Source of the DNA: Octopus vulgaris
Lineage: Eukaryota
Direction of reading: 5' to 3'
Assembly (NCBI GenBank): GCA_951406725.2
Contig: OX597843.1
Location: forward strand, 13,950,001-14,014,000
Length of the DNA: 64,000 nt
Position numbers and translations under genes: made by a program. Below are positions 52,331 through 64,000 of the stretch, in pieces. Numbering within the stretch: the stretch's first letter is position 1; each line of letters opens with the position of its first letter. Under the pieces are notes generated by a model, which made no database searches, was not told the DNA's origin, and saw only the letters and a list, made by a program, of their open reading frames with translations.

Positions 52331-53163
52331 TTTGCCTTTCATTCTTTCGAGGTCGATTATATTAAGTACCAGTTGCATAATGGGGTCTATCTAATTGACT
52401 GGCCCCCTTCCTAAAAATTTCTGGCTTTGTGCCTAGAGTAGAAAGGGTTCTTACTGCTGAAGGGCTTTACAAGGATAGAGAAGCAGGCGTTGGCATAGCA
52501 ACATCAACAATGACAACACAAACGCTTGCTATTTTTGGCCCAACGATTTTGAGGGGAGGGGCACGGACAATTAAATCGATTCCAGTCTTTGACAGGTACT
52601 TTATTTTATTGACCCCAGAAGAATGGAAAGTGAAGTTGACACGGGCGGAATTTGAACTCAGAACGCAAAAACGGACGAAATACTGCTTAGCAGTTTGTCC
52701 GGCATGCTAATGATTCTGCCAACTCGTTGCTTACTACTACTACTACTACTACAACTACTACTACTGCTGCTGCTACTACTACTACTACGATACTAACAAT
52801 AATAATAGTAATAATAATAATAATAATAATAAGAGGAAGAAGAAGAAAAAGAAGACGAAGAAGCAGAAGAAGAAAAAGAAGAAGAAGAAGAAATGAAAAA
52901 AATAAATGCGCCCTTTTAAAACCTAGCCAGGCTCATGGGCCCGGTTTCCCGGTTTCTATGGCATATGTGTTCCCCAGCTGGATGGGACGCCAGTCTATCG
53001 CAGCGTTACTCATTTTTGCCAGCTGAGTGGACTGGAGCAACGTGGAATGAAGGGTTTTGCTCAAGAACACAATGCATTGCCTGGTCCAGGAATTGAAACC
53101 ACAACCTTACGATCATGATGCTGGCACCCTAACCACTAAGCCACGCGCCTCCCACACACACAC

Positions 53164-53207
<44 letters not shown>

Positions 53208-53749
53208 TCCTTTCTGCTATAATCATAAGTGATTGTTGGAAGGGCATGGTCAATTACATCGACCCCAGTACTCGGCTGGTCCTTTTTTTATCGACCCCGA
53301 AAGGATGAAAGGCAAAGTCGACCTCGGCGGAATTGGAACTTGGAGCGCAGCGACGGACGACTTGCCGCTAAGCAATTTCGCCCGGCGCGCTAACGGTTCG
53401 GCCAGCTCCCCGACGCCTTAGTAATAATCCCTTCGGCATAAAAGCAGAAGGCCAGGCCATTTGGCGAGGGTAGGGGTCAGTGTTCAATCGCTTCTTTATT
53501 TTATTTCGATCAGGAAAGGATCAAAACCAAAATCGACGTCGTCGGCGGCGGCGGTATTCGAATCCGGAATGTAAAGCCGGTAGAAATGCCAGCGAGCATT
53601 TCGTCCGGAGTGCTAAGAATTTCGGACGGCTCGCCAACAACAACAACAACAACCACCTGCTCGGTGGGAAGAGCCAAGGGGAGGTAAGTGAGTGGTCCAC
53701 ATGAAGTGTTTTCATTTACATACTTAAATTAGGAGCAAATTGATCAGCT

Positions 53750-53864
53750 GCCCCGGTGGCACAATCGGTTAGCGCGCCGTACTTATAGACAGTACCTTCC
53801 TTGTGTTTCAAACCACAAGACGGAAGTTATGCGGAGGTTGTGAGTTCGAGCCTCACCCGGGGCA
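53750..53864 (+). tRNA. tRNA-Ile-TAT: tRNA-Ile(TAT) gene with a 41-nt intron (53788-53828)
   Basis: Acceptor GCCCCGG/CCGGGGC with A73; anticodon stem CCGTA/TGCGG; TAT at 53784-53786; intron after position 37; T-arm GTGAG-TTCGAGC-CTCAC. Matches the known eukaryotic Ile-UAU pattern (CAATCGGTTAGCGCG..TACTTATA). Confidence 0.95.
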
Positions 53865-53867
53865 CAA

Positions 53868-53874
53868 TTTTTTT
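53868..53874 (+). terminator. Pol III terminator (T7)
   Basis: TTTTTTT 3 nt after the tRNA-Ile discriminator. Confidence 0.85.
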
Positions 53875-54280
53875 GTGTCTTTCCACCGTGAATCTTTAAA
53901 TATATTATCTACATATATATATATATATGTAAACATGACGGATGACCATTTACGTATATATGGATATATTTCATGTACGTGTGTGTATATAAATGTATAT
54001 ACGTATGCCTATACTTCCGACTAAATAGATTTGAGTGGGTGTGAACCTTATGATCAACATTGTAGTTAGACAGAGATTCTAAGATCGAAACTCCCTTGGA
54101 GCGCAATTTTTTTTAAATGTACTTTTATCATCAAACTTTAAATATATCGTTTTGTAGAAGTATGTAAATATATTTCACCATTTAAGTATGTGTATATTTA
54201 ACGTGAGCGTGTGTATATATATATGAATGTTATATATACGGTCACGTTAAATATACACATACTTAAATGGTGAAATTTAA

Positions 54281-54311
<31 letters not shown>

Positions 54312-54388
54312 TGTGTGTGTGTGTATACTTACATATATACACACACACATATATATATACTTATATAAATACGTATATATATATATAC

Positions 54389-54437
<49 letters not shown>

Positions 54438-54555
54438 ATATATATAATTATAACAATAAGGGTTTTGCAACAAGTTGCATGACCACATACCGAAAATTTT
54501 AGAAATAGCAGCCAAAGGACTACTATTTCCTTTTTTTCTACAAAAATATGTCTCC

Positions 54556-54642
<87 letters not shown>

Positions 54643-55309
54643 TATATATACATATACATATATACATACATACACACACGTATATACGCTTGTGTGTGGA
54701 TTGTATATATATATACACACACCTATATTTTTTATTAATATTTAGCAGAAGTAACAGAATGACTCAATGTCCGAGAGTTTCGTGTGTTAACACTTATCAA
54801 ACTTATAAATATACCTCCATGTATATGGCAAAAAGTACATATATATACGCGCGTGTGTGTGTGTTTATATGTGTGTGTTCGTGTGTGCGTATATATATAT
54901 ATATATACATACATGGCTATGTGCAGGACTGCATGTAGATATGCAAACGTAGATGCACACACACACACATGAATGTGTACCACCCTGAATCATAATATTA
55001 AAGCTATGGTGAGGTTATGAGTTCAAATCTCGCTCTAAACACAATTATTTTTGTTATTTTCTTCCGTCCTAAAAAGTTATGTATGTATATGCATACACAC
55101 ATACATATAAATATATAAAATCCGAAGTGTTATACATCGTTCACGGCAGCCCTTACCGATCGGTTTAGCGCCAGGGGTAACAATTCGATTTACTTAACAC
55201 TCCTTTGTACTCCCAGCGCGAAACCGCTCCATTGACGGATATACGAGGCTATCTTTTCCCTGACTTATCGACTTTTAGACGACTTACGTATATATATATG
55301 GTCTATCCA

Positions 55310-55900
55310 ATCTAGATGATCTCCGCATCGCCATCGCACTCAGAGTGGGAGCAGACGTCTGCAGGGGACTGAGACGTTGCTGTGGTAGGCTCCTCGACTC
55401 TGCAGGTCTTCACGGTCTTTCTTGCCGCCTAAATGCTGCTCTTTTCGCTCGTCACACCGAGCTAAACTTAATTTCTAAGCGGGGCTTTGGCTCGGGTTAA
55501 TATCCCCTCAGTTCTGGGGCTGGCGGGATTATCCAGAAGTGATGGGAAGAGACCAGATGGTCTTACTCTTTGTCCCTGGATAAGAGGTAGGTGCCTCATC
55601 TGGGATGCTACAGTCTGTGACTCCTTTGTTATCTCCCACACCCTGGATGCTGCAGTGAATGGGAAGGTCACTGCTTGCATAGCCGAACCGAACAAAATCC
55701 CCAAGTATCGGGGACCTGGCAGTGAACTTTCTCTTCCAGCCTGTGACGACGTTTGGAGGGGCTGGGTCGCTAACGGTGAAGTTCTTGTCATCGTCGGCGG
55801 TTCGTCTTACTGAGCCACCCGTGAGGGCGCTCGGCTCTTCCAATGCCTTAATCTCACCATCGCCCGTCCTAATGCCGCCAGCGTGACGGCTTGCTTCACT
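55310..55900 (+). mobile_element. CRE-like non-LTR retrotransposon C-terminus (Zn knuckle plus RLE endonuclease), degenerate
   Basis: DLRIAIALRVGADVC..GLHGLSC..ARHTELN..DGKRPDGLTLCPWIRGRCLIWDATVCDS. Confidence 0.8.
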
Positions 55901-56041
55901 AGGTGCCGCTGAACCTTGATGTGTGCCACCAATGGGACACTTGGTGTTGCATTGATGGGGTTTTTCCCCCCTTTTTCCTTTCCTTTTTCTTTGTTTTTAT
56001 TTTGTAAAATATATTCCTTTTCCCTGAATTATTGAAAATTG

Positions 56042-56482
56042 GGATCTTTTCGGTTTGACCAGCAGTTTTTTCTAGCGGTGTCATATGAAATTGTCACCCA
56101 TAACAAATTGAAATGCAATAGATCGATACTAGGGTCATAAGACCCTAGTATCGATCTATTGCATTTCAATTTGTTTTAGGGTTAGGGGTGGGGGGAAGGG
56201 TATCTTTTTTTCTTCACAAATGTAAATAAACCCAATCTGTTTCTTAAACGAGGGACATATTCATACGGCACAGAATGTTTTTTTTTACCTCAATGGACGT
56301 CATTGATTGGTTGAAATTGCAGAAAAAAACCCCCAACAAATATCTTCCAAACTATAGAATTTTCTCAATAAAACAAAGAGAAAAGATGTTTTATAAACAC
56401 ATTCTACCAGTATACGAAGTTTAAAAGTGTTTAGTTACAAGGAAATTATTTTAAAAAACTGCCGTTCAAACGGAAAAGATCC
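56042..56482. mobile_element. GGATC-TIR MITE with an internal 35-bp inverted duplication
   Basis: TIRs present; hairpin at 56102-56175. Confidence 0.85.
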
Positions 56483-56933
56483 ACAAAGAAATTGCAACGA
56501 ACAAAATATATTTTGATAAGATAATCGTTTGTTTGTGTTTTTAGACTTATTTTCTGTCGCCGTTTTTCCCCCGATTATTTTACTTCTTAATTATTATGAA
56601 TAAAAACATTTCCCGTCTGAAACGAAAGTTGGGCATAAATATCTGTGAATAAGTATAAAATAGAAATACAAATAATTTAGGGGAAAAAAACATTAATGAA
56701 AGCCAGCGTATGTATATATGTGTATATATGTATATTTGTGTGTCTACCTTACTATATGTGTACGTATGTACGTATGTATGTATGTATGTATGGATGGATG
56801 GATCGATCGATCGATCGATCGATCGATGGGTGGATGGATGGAAGGTGGGAGGGAGAGATCCCTTCCTCCCTCCCTCCCTCTCTCCTTCCATCCATCCACC
56901 CATCGATCGATCCATCCATACATACATACATAT

Positions 56934-57390
56934 TATCCGAATTGTACGGCGTTATATATCCAATACGGCCGATCTTCCTAATGGGTTTCACTTTAGATAT
57001 TCAACGGAGTGTTAGGTGACAGTCGGAATAATAATAATAATAATTGTGTACAGTGCTCAGGTGCACTACAACTCATCTAAAGTGTATATATAATCAGGTG
57101 TAGTTTCGGCGGATTTCGGAAAGCATGAGGGCCTTAAAAGATGCAGTGTCATGGCAGTCAACAACTGACGCAGGCAGTTTATTCCATGCTTCAGCAACTC
57201 TGAGCGTGAAAAAATGTTTCCGAAAGTCATGAGAGCTGTATTGTTTTCTGACTTTGTAGGCATGACTTTGTAGGAATGAGTGTAGGGTCACGCAATCGGA
57301 TTGTTGCTCAGCACTCCGTTAAATTCCTAGCACGAAACCGATCGGGAAGATCAGTCGTAATGGATATATGATACCGTACATTTCGGATAT
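56934..57390. mobile_element. Fold-back MITE-like element (arms ~56934-57027 and 57296-57390) interrupted by a CR1 3' fragment
   Basis: The arms are imperfect reverse complements. The internal minus-strand ORF reads HAYKVRKQYSSHDFRKHFFTLRVAEAWNKLP and has a (TTA)n tail. Confidence 0.7.
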
Positions 57391-57456
57391 CATATCCACT
57401 CACACACACACACACACATGTACACATTTATACATGCATACATACATAGGCAAACC

Positions 57457-57865
57457 GGATCTTTTCGGTTTGACCGGCAGTTTTTTCTAGCGGCGTCATA
57501 TGAAATTGTCATCCATAATTATGACCCTAGTATCGATCTATTGCATTTCAATCTGTTTTAGGGTTAGGGTTAGTTAGGGGTGGGGGGAAGGGTATCTTTT
57601 TTTCTTCAGAAATGTAAATAAACCCAATCTGTTTCTTAAACGAGGGACATATTCATACGGCACAGAATGTTGTTTACCTCAATGGACGTCATTGATTGGT
57701 TGAAATTGAAGAAAAAACAACAACAAATATCGTACAAACTATAGAATTTTCTCAATAAAGCCAAGAAATGTGTTTATAAACACATTCTACCAGTATACGA
57801 AGCTTGAAAGTGTTTAGTTATGTGGAAATTATTTTTAAAAACTGCCGGTCAAACCGAAAAAATCC
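57457..57865. mobile_element. GGATC-TIR MITE
   Basis: TIRs present; flanks ggcaaacc/agcaaacc. Confidence 0.85.
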
Positions 57866-60369
57866 AGCAAACCTACAAAATGTGCCCTTCAACTTTGTTT
57901 CCTCATAACTTTTCGAAAAATTGATATTTTTAGATGAAATTTTCTACAAATACCTTTCAGATGGTGTCATTTGTCATTCACATATATTTGTGATTTGTGA
58001 TTTGTGATTCACCCACATTAACACACCTCAAAATGAAACTTGACACTTTGGAAATAATCTGATGTGTGTCAGTATGTATGTTTGCAAACCACCAAAAGGT
58101 TAGTTCTTGTTTGTCATACCAAATTACAGTCTAATCGTAATCCACATCGTCTGAAAGGTTTTTGTTGAAAACTTCATACGAAAATAACCATTTTTCTGAA
58201 AGTTATGAGTAGACAAAACCGACTCACATAAATTTTTTTGAAACACCTCACCCCACCCTTGCAAAAAGTTTTTTTCACATTAAATTCCGATATCATTGGA
58301 AACAGCACCATCTGAAGCGTATTTGTAAAAAATTCTAGGAAAAAAGAACCAAAAATCCTCATGATACAGGTAATTCTTTTCCAGTATTCTGAGAGTTTCC
58401 AGTTCTCCATGTCAACTAATTTTCTCCCAACAGCAACTTTAATCTTTATGCTCTCCAACGCCTTAGATTGTTCACCAATAAATCTAGTAATTCTTTGGAA
58501 AAAGCAGACATAAATGTCACCAAATTCATCCCAAATATCTTAAAGATATATACATGGTGGGCGTCCGCATAGATTTTACCTACCAAATCCACCGAGAAGG
58601 CTCTGGTTGGCCCAGGGCTTTAGCAAAAGGCACTTGGCCCAGAACAATGGGACTGGGAAGTAAAACCTCTTTCTAAACTGCAACTACACGGTCAGACAAA
58701 AATATATATACACTTATGCACACACACACATACAAGCATGTGTTCATACACAACCACACACAATTCCGATATCATTGGAAACAGCACCGTCTGAAGCGTA
58801 TTTGTCAAAAATTCTAGGAAAAAAGAACCAAAAAGAACCGATCCATTTTCCTGAAAGTTACAAAGAAGCAAAGTCGGGTGGAAGCACATTTTTGTGGGTA
58901 TGCTGACACCCTCACCAACTTTGTAACTTCTCTACTGCCGCACTTGTGGATGTGTAGAATATGGGGCTGTTTTTCGGACGCACCCTGTATTGCTCGCTTT
59001 TTCCATCCCTAATAACGGTTTATTAAAAAAAATTACTAAAATCTTGGCATAAAAGACCATGTATATATATTTCTTTACTGCCCACAAGGGGCTAAACATA
59101 GAGGGGACAAACAAGGACAGACAAAGGAATTAAGTCGATTACATCGACCCCAGTGTGAAACTGATACTTTATTTATCGCTAAGTTACAGTTACACACCAT
59201 CATCGGTTGTCAAGCGATGTTGGGCGGGGGGGGGGACACAGACACACAAACATATACACATACGTACAAATATATATATACATATATATATATATACGAT
59301 GGGCTTCCTTCAGTTTCTGTCTACCAAATCCACTCACAAGTCTTTGGTCGGCCCGAGGCTATAGTAGAAGACACTTGCCCAAGATGCCACACAGTGGGAA
59401 TGAACCCAGAATCATGCGGTCCGTTTTCCGTTTAGCATGGGTTGGACGGTTCGACCGGGGTCTGGAAAGCCATGGAGGCTGCACCAGGCTCCAGTCTGAT
59501 TTGGCAAAGCTGGATACCCTTCCTAATGCCGACCACTCCGTGAGTGTAGTGGGTGCTTTTTATGTGCCACCGGCACAGGGGCCAGAGGAGGCTGACAAAC
59601 GGCCACAATCAGTTGGTGCCTTTTACGTGTCATATATATAACTGTGAATCTTATTCTCATGTCTGTATTCTTCTATCTACTTTTACTCTTTATTCTTCTC
59701 TGTTATTACTTCTAAACTGTGATATATATCTGTAAATATAATATGTGGCAATTATTTGGTAGCCAAGATAAAACTCCGAGTTTTGGATGTCGGGGTGGAA
59801 ATCCATTTCTTCAGTTATTTGGCCATCGGAAAAAATCTGATGGCCGGATAACTGAATAGATGCTGGCGTGGGTTTCGGCCCCGACATCCAAAACTCAGAG
59901 TTTTATCTTGGCTACCAAATAATTGTCACATATTATATTTACAGATAAATTCCTCTATTTACATAAAATTGAGGTCTTTTTCATTCTTTTGATGTCTTAC
60001 CATTTCTATCAATATATATATATATAATTAAATAAGGGTAGAAATTGATATTAATCAATTAAAACCAGTGGCCTTAGTATATTTTTAAAACATCCGAAGA
60101 TTAAAAATTCTATACATACAAAATTTAGAGGAATGACCACTAATAGTGGACAGCCTAAATATTAACAAGTGACACTAATTAGTACATAGGTAATCGTTTT
60201 TTATTTCGTATATTTTCATTTGTCTTGCTTGTTTTTACACTTTGATTTTTTGCTGAATTTTTTCTTGAGAACACATTCTTCGTGGTAAATGGCGAGTTTG
60301 ACGTCTATTTCTAGCATACAGGCTGTCCACTATAAGTGGTCATTCCTCTAAATTTTGTATATATATATA

Positions 60370-61065
60370 TAAAGTTAATCCAAACAAGAAAGCACAAAAA
60401 AACACATCAACGTGAGGACGTGGAACAAATATAGTATTATTGAATGAAAGAAGTAGGGTTTAACGTTTCGAGCGGAGCTCTTCGTCGGAAACATAGGAGA
60501 AGGAAAGATTCAGAGAAGGGAAGACAGAGGAAAAAAATCGACAACGGTACACACATGGTCCCATTTTGAAAGACCGGAAGGAAATGGGTGAAGAAAGGTT
60601 TTTTCAAAGACGGCTTAGCAAGGAGAGATGGCTAGAATGGCGAGTTTTTTTAAAAAGTAAGTGAGAAAGTTTTTTTGCAGGTTGCAAGCAGTGGGGGAGA
60701 AAAAAGCAAGAAAACGGTAAAGAAGGGATTGAAGGTGTTGGAGGAATGAGTGCAAATCAGGCATGTTGAGAAGTGGTGAATGTCTGTGTAGGTGTAAGTG
60801 GTGGTGACACAAGTGGAAAAATGGAGGTAGAAGAAGAAAGGTAAAAGAGGATGAGGAAAAAGTGGAAGAGTCACAGACAAATTTTTTTGATTTCCAATCA
60901 CGATTTCAGTGGTGTTCTCTGGAAGAATAGTAACAGTAATCCGTAGGTGTAAAAATCCAGGAATTGGTAATCAAAGCACTCGGAGGGCCGGGGTCCGTGT
61001 TAGCGTGCTGTATATAAAGTTAATCCAAACAAGAAAGCACAAAAAAACACAACAACGCGAGGACT
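60370..61065 (-). mobile_element. Penelope-like 3' fragment with a hammerhead motif (60458-60492) and a directly repeated terminus
   Basis: Same family as 12793-13000 and 49483-49667. The terminal ~50 bp repeats at 61015-61065. Minus-strand motif GTTT-CCGACGA-A-GAGC-TCC-GCTC-GAAA-CG-TT-AAAC. Confidence 0.7.
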
Positions 61066-61159
61066 ATATATATATTTATATATATATATATATACTGCTA
61101 ATATATGTTCACTAGGCATGAGGATGTACAGTAACCTGCTTGGGTTGGCTGAAGCATAC

Positions 61160-61565
61160 CTACACAAATGTGCCCCAATGAATTTCTTTCCACATAACTT
61201 TCAGAAACATGGATATATCTTCATAAAATTTTCTTCAGATATGTTTCAGATGGCGTACAATATGATGTCGATTCAAATTATAAATTTCCCAAAAAAGAAA
61301 ATATGTTGAATGTCCGTTTGTACGAGTGTTATGCCACCAATTTTATTTCTATATTAAATTCTGATACAATTGTAATCTACACACTTTGAAAGATATTTCT
61401 TGAAATTTTCATTTAAAATACTCATTTTTCTGAAAGTTATGGGAAACAAAAGATATAATCGAAATCTACTCCATTTCACACGTATTCGTAGAAAATTTCT
61501 ATAAAAAAATATACATTTCTGTTGAAGTCATGATGAAGCAAATTGGGGGGCATATTTGTGTATAT
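61160..61565. mobile_element. Old TIR element/MITE
   Basis: TACACAAATGTGCCCC ... GGGGCATATTTGTGTA inverted ends; related motifs at 57870-58900. Confidence 0.5.
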
Positions 61566-61585
61566 ATGCCCACTGCTTTACCATA

Positions 61586-61856
61586 AGTTAAGTTAAGTTA
61601 AGTTAATTTTTTGGCTCAAAAAGCAAAGAGCAAGGCCATGTAGGGGGACAGGGAGTTATGTACAGGGTGGTGTTCATGCAAAGAGTTCAGGCCATTACTG
61701 GTCAAGAGAGGCTTTGAACCGAGTGGTCGTTGGCATCTTCACTATCTCGTCCAGCAGTTTATTCCACGGATCCGCAACCTGGACGGAGAGAGCCCCTCTC
61801 CTTCGATTGAGATGAAATCGTCGCAGATAGAGCTTTTCGGAGTAACCCCGCAGCCT
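61586..61856 (-). mobile_element. CR1-like LINE 3' fragment
   Basis: Near-identical to 251-505; (TAACT)n tail. Confidence 0.85.
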
Positions 61857-62404
61857 ACCCAGTAATACTAACATTACATTGTTATTATAGATCAACACGA
61901 CCAGCTTGCTCCCCTTTGCTTGTATTTGCTGTGAACCTTATATCTAATTAGGGAGACTACATAACGACAATGTAATTACACACGTGCCAATAGCACGGGT
62001 GTCACTACAGACATATAGACAGGTAGATATATGTGTGTGTGTGTGTGTGTCCATGTTTGTCCCCATCTACCATTTGGCAACTGGTGTTGGTGTGTTTATG
62101 TCCCTGTAACTTAGCAGTTCAACAAAAGGAGGCCAAATAGTATAAGTTCCAGGTTTCCAAAAAATAAGGGCTGCCGTTGGTTCCTTTGACTATAAATTCT
62201 TTAAGATGCTGCTACAGCATGGCCATAGCCTAATGACTGAAAGAAGTAACAGGGAAAAGTATGTGTGTGTGTAAGTAAGTATATATGTGTGTGTTTATAT
62301 ATATGTGTGTGTGTGGGTGTGTGTATGTATACACACACAAATATTTATATACATACATACATACATATGTATAAAAGAAGAGCTGTTTCCCAAAATACCA
62401 AAAT

Positions 62405-63392
62405 ACGTATACACACATACACACAAATACACATACACACACATAAGTACACAGATACACATATACACATACACACAAATACACATACACACACACACAC
62501 AAATACACACGCACACGCACAAATACACATATACACTCACACAAATACACATATATATACACACACACAAATACACATATATATACACACACACACAAAT
62601 ACACATACACACACAAATACACATATACACACACAAATATACATATATACACACACACACACAAATACACACATACACACACAAATACACATATACACAC
62701 ACACAAATACACATATACACACACACACAAATACACATATACACACACACACAAATACACATATACACACACACACACATACACATATACACACACACAA
62801 ATACACATATACACACACACACATATACACATATATACACACACATACACACACACAAATACACATATACACACACACACAAATACACATATATACACAT
62901 ATACACACACACATACACATATATACACACACACAAATACACGTATATACACATACACAAATACACATACACACACACACACAAATACACATATATACAC
63001 ATACACAAATACACATACACACACACACACAAATACACATATATACACATATACACACACACACACAAATACACATATATACACATATACACACACAAAT
63101 ACACATATATACACACACACACACACACACAAATACACATATATACACACACACAAACTCACATATATACACATACACACACAAATACACATATATACAC
63201 ATACACACACACAAATACACATATATACACATATACACACAAATACACATATATACACATACACACACACACACAAATACATATATATACACATACACAC
63301 ACAAATACACACATACACACACACACACATAAATACACATATATACACATACACACACACACACAAATACACACACACACACACATACACAT
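62405..63392. repeat. Compound (CA)n/(TA)n minisatellite with recurring ACAAATACACAT unit
   Basis: Direct inspection; it accounts for the long low-complexity ORFs at 62230-63469. Confidence 0.93.
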
Positions 63393-64000
63393 GCAGTAAT
63401 GTTGATGCTATAAAGTCTTGAAACCTCTAAACACTCCTCTTTGGTGAAGGTTACCAATATCTCGGTCACTTCCTACTTTAAACAATTGGAACTATGTAGG
63501 TGTGTGTAGGTGTGTGTGTGTGTGTGTGTGGATGCCTGTGTGTGGTTGTGTATGAACACATGCTTGTATGTGTGTGTGTGCATAAGTGTATATATATTTT
63601 TGTCTGACCGTGTATTTGCAGTTTAGAAAGAGGTTTTACTTCCTTGTCCCATTGTTCTGGGCCAAGTGCCTTTTGCTAAAGCCCTGGGCCAACCAGAGCC
63701 TTCTCGGTGGATTTGGTAGGTAAGAACTGTGTGAACGCCCACCATGTATATATCTATAAGATATTTGGGATGAATTTGGTGACATTTATGTCTGCTTTTT
63801 CCAAAGAATTACTAGATGTATTTGTGAACAATGTAAGGCGTTGGAGAGCATAAAGATTAAAGTTGTTGTTGGAAGAAAATTAGCCGACATGGAGAACTGG
63901 AAATTCTCAGAATACTGGAAAAGAATTACCTGTATCATGAGGATTTGGGCAAGGTGTTGAAATGCTATATGGACACTGTAAAGGTTGTAAGGCTTGACAT

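Noticed and set aside
52727-53026. Protamine-like Arg-rich ORF
   Set aside because: It is a concatenation of (CTA)n, (AAT)n and (GAA)n microsatellites running into a SINE.
62230-63469. Long ORFs of 285-386 aa
   Set aside because: Translations of (CA)/(TA) microsatellite, open on both strands.
63760-63960. Possible exon (DIWDEFGDIY..)
   Set aside because: It looks like degenerate RTE-like LINE sequence and is part of the segment duplicated at 58355-58762.

Overview
Animal, AT-rich, almost entirely repeat-derived DNA. The SINE and MITE families and the microsatellite load resemble an Octopus/cephalopod genome (inference from recalled families, no search run). I found no convincing cellular protein-coding exon; nearly all listed ORFs are microsatellite or transposon read-through. 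The clearest functional gene is an intron-containing tRNA-Ile(TAT) at 53750-53864. A second, unusual tRNA-like Pol III gene (CAT triplet, G33, possible 8-bp acceptor stem) lies at 9706-9779. Other contents: a ~7.2 kb array of about 52 x 139-bp units built from the start of a longer (AAT)n-flanked element; a full-length but disrupted IR/DR Tc1 transposon; a 5'-truncated Penelope-like element with an inverted pseudo-LTR; several minimal hammerhead-ribozyme motifs, some with variant cores; seven GG-terminal MITEs with 8-bp target duplications (Merlin-like); tandem arrays of a piggyBac-like MITE; three non-autonomous Helitrons; fragments of R4/Dong, CRE-like, RTE and CR1 LINEs; and many short fold-back and templated-inversion structures.
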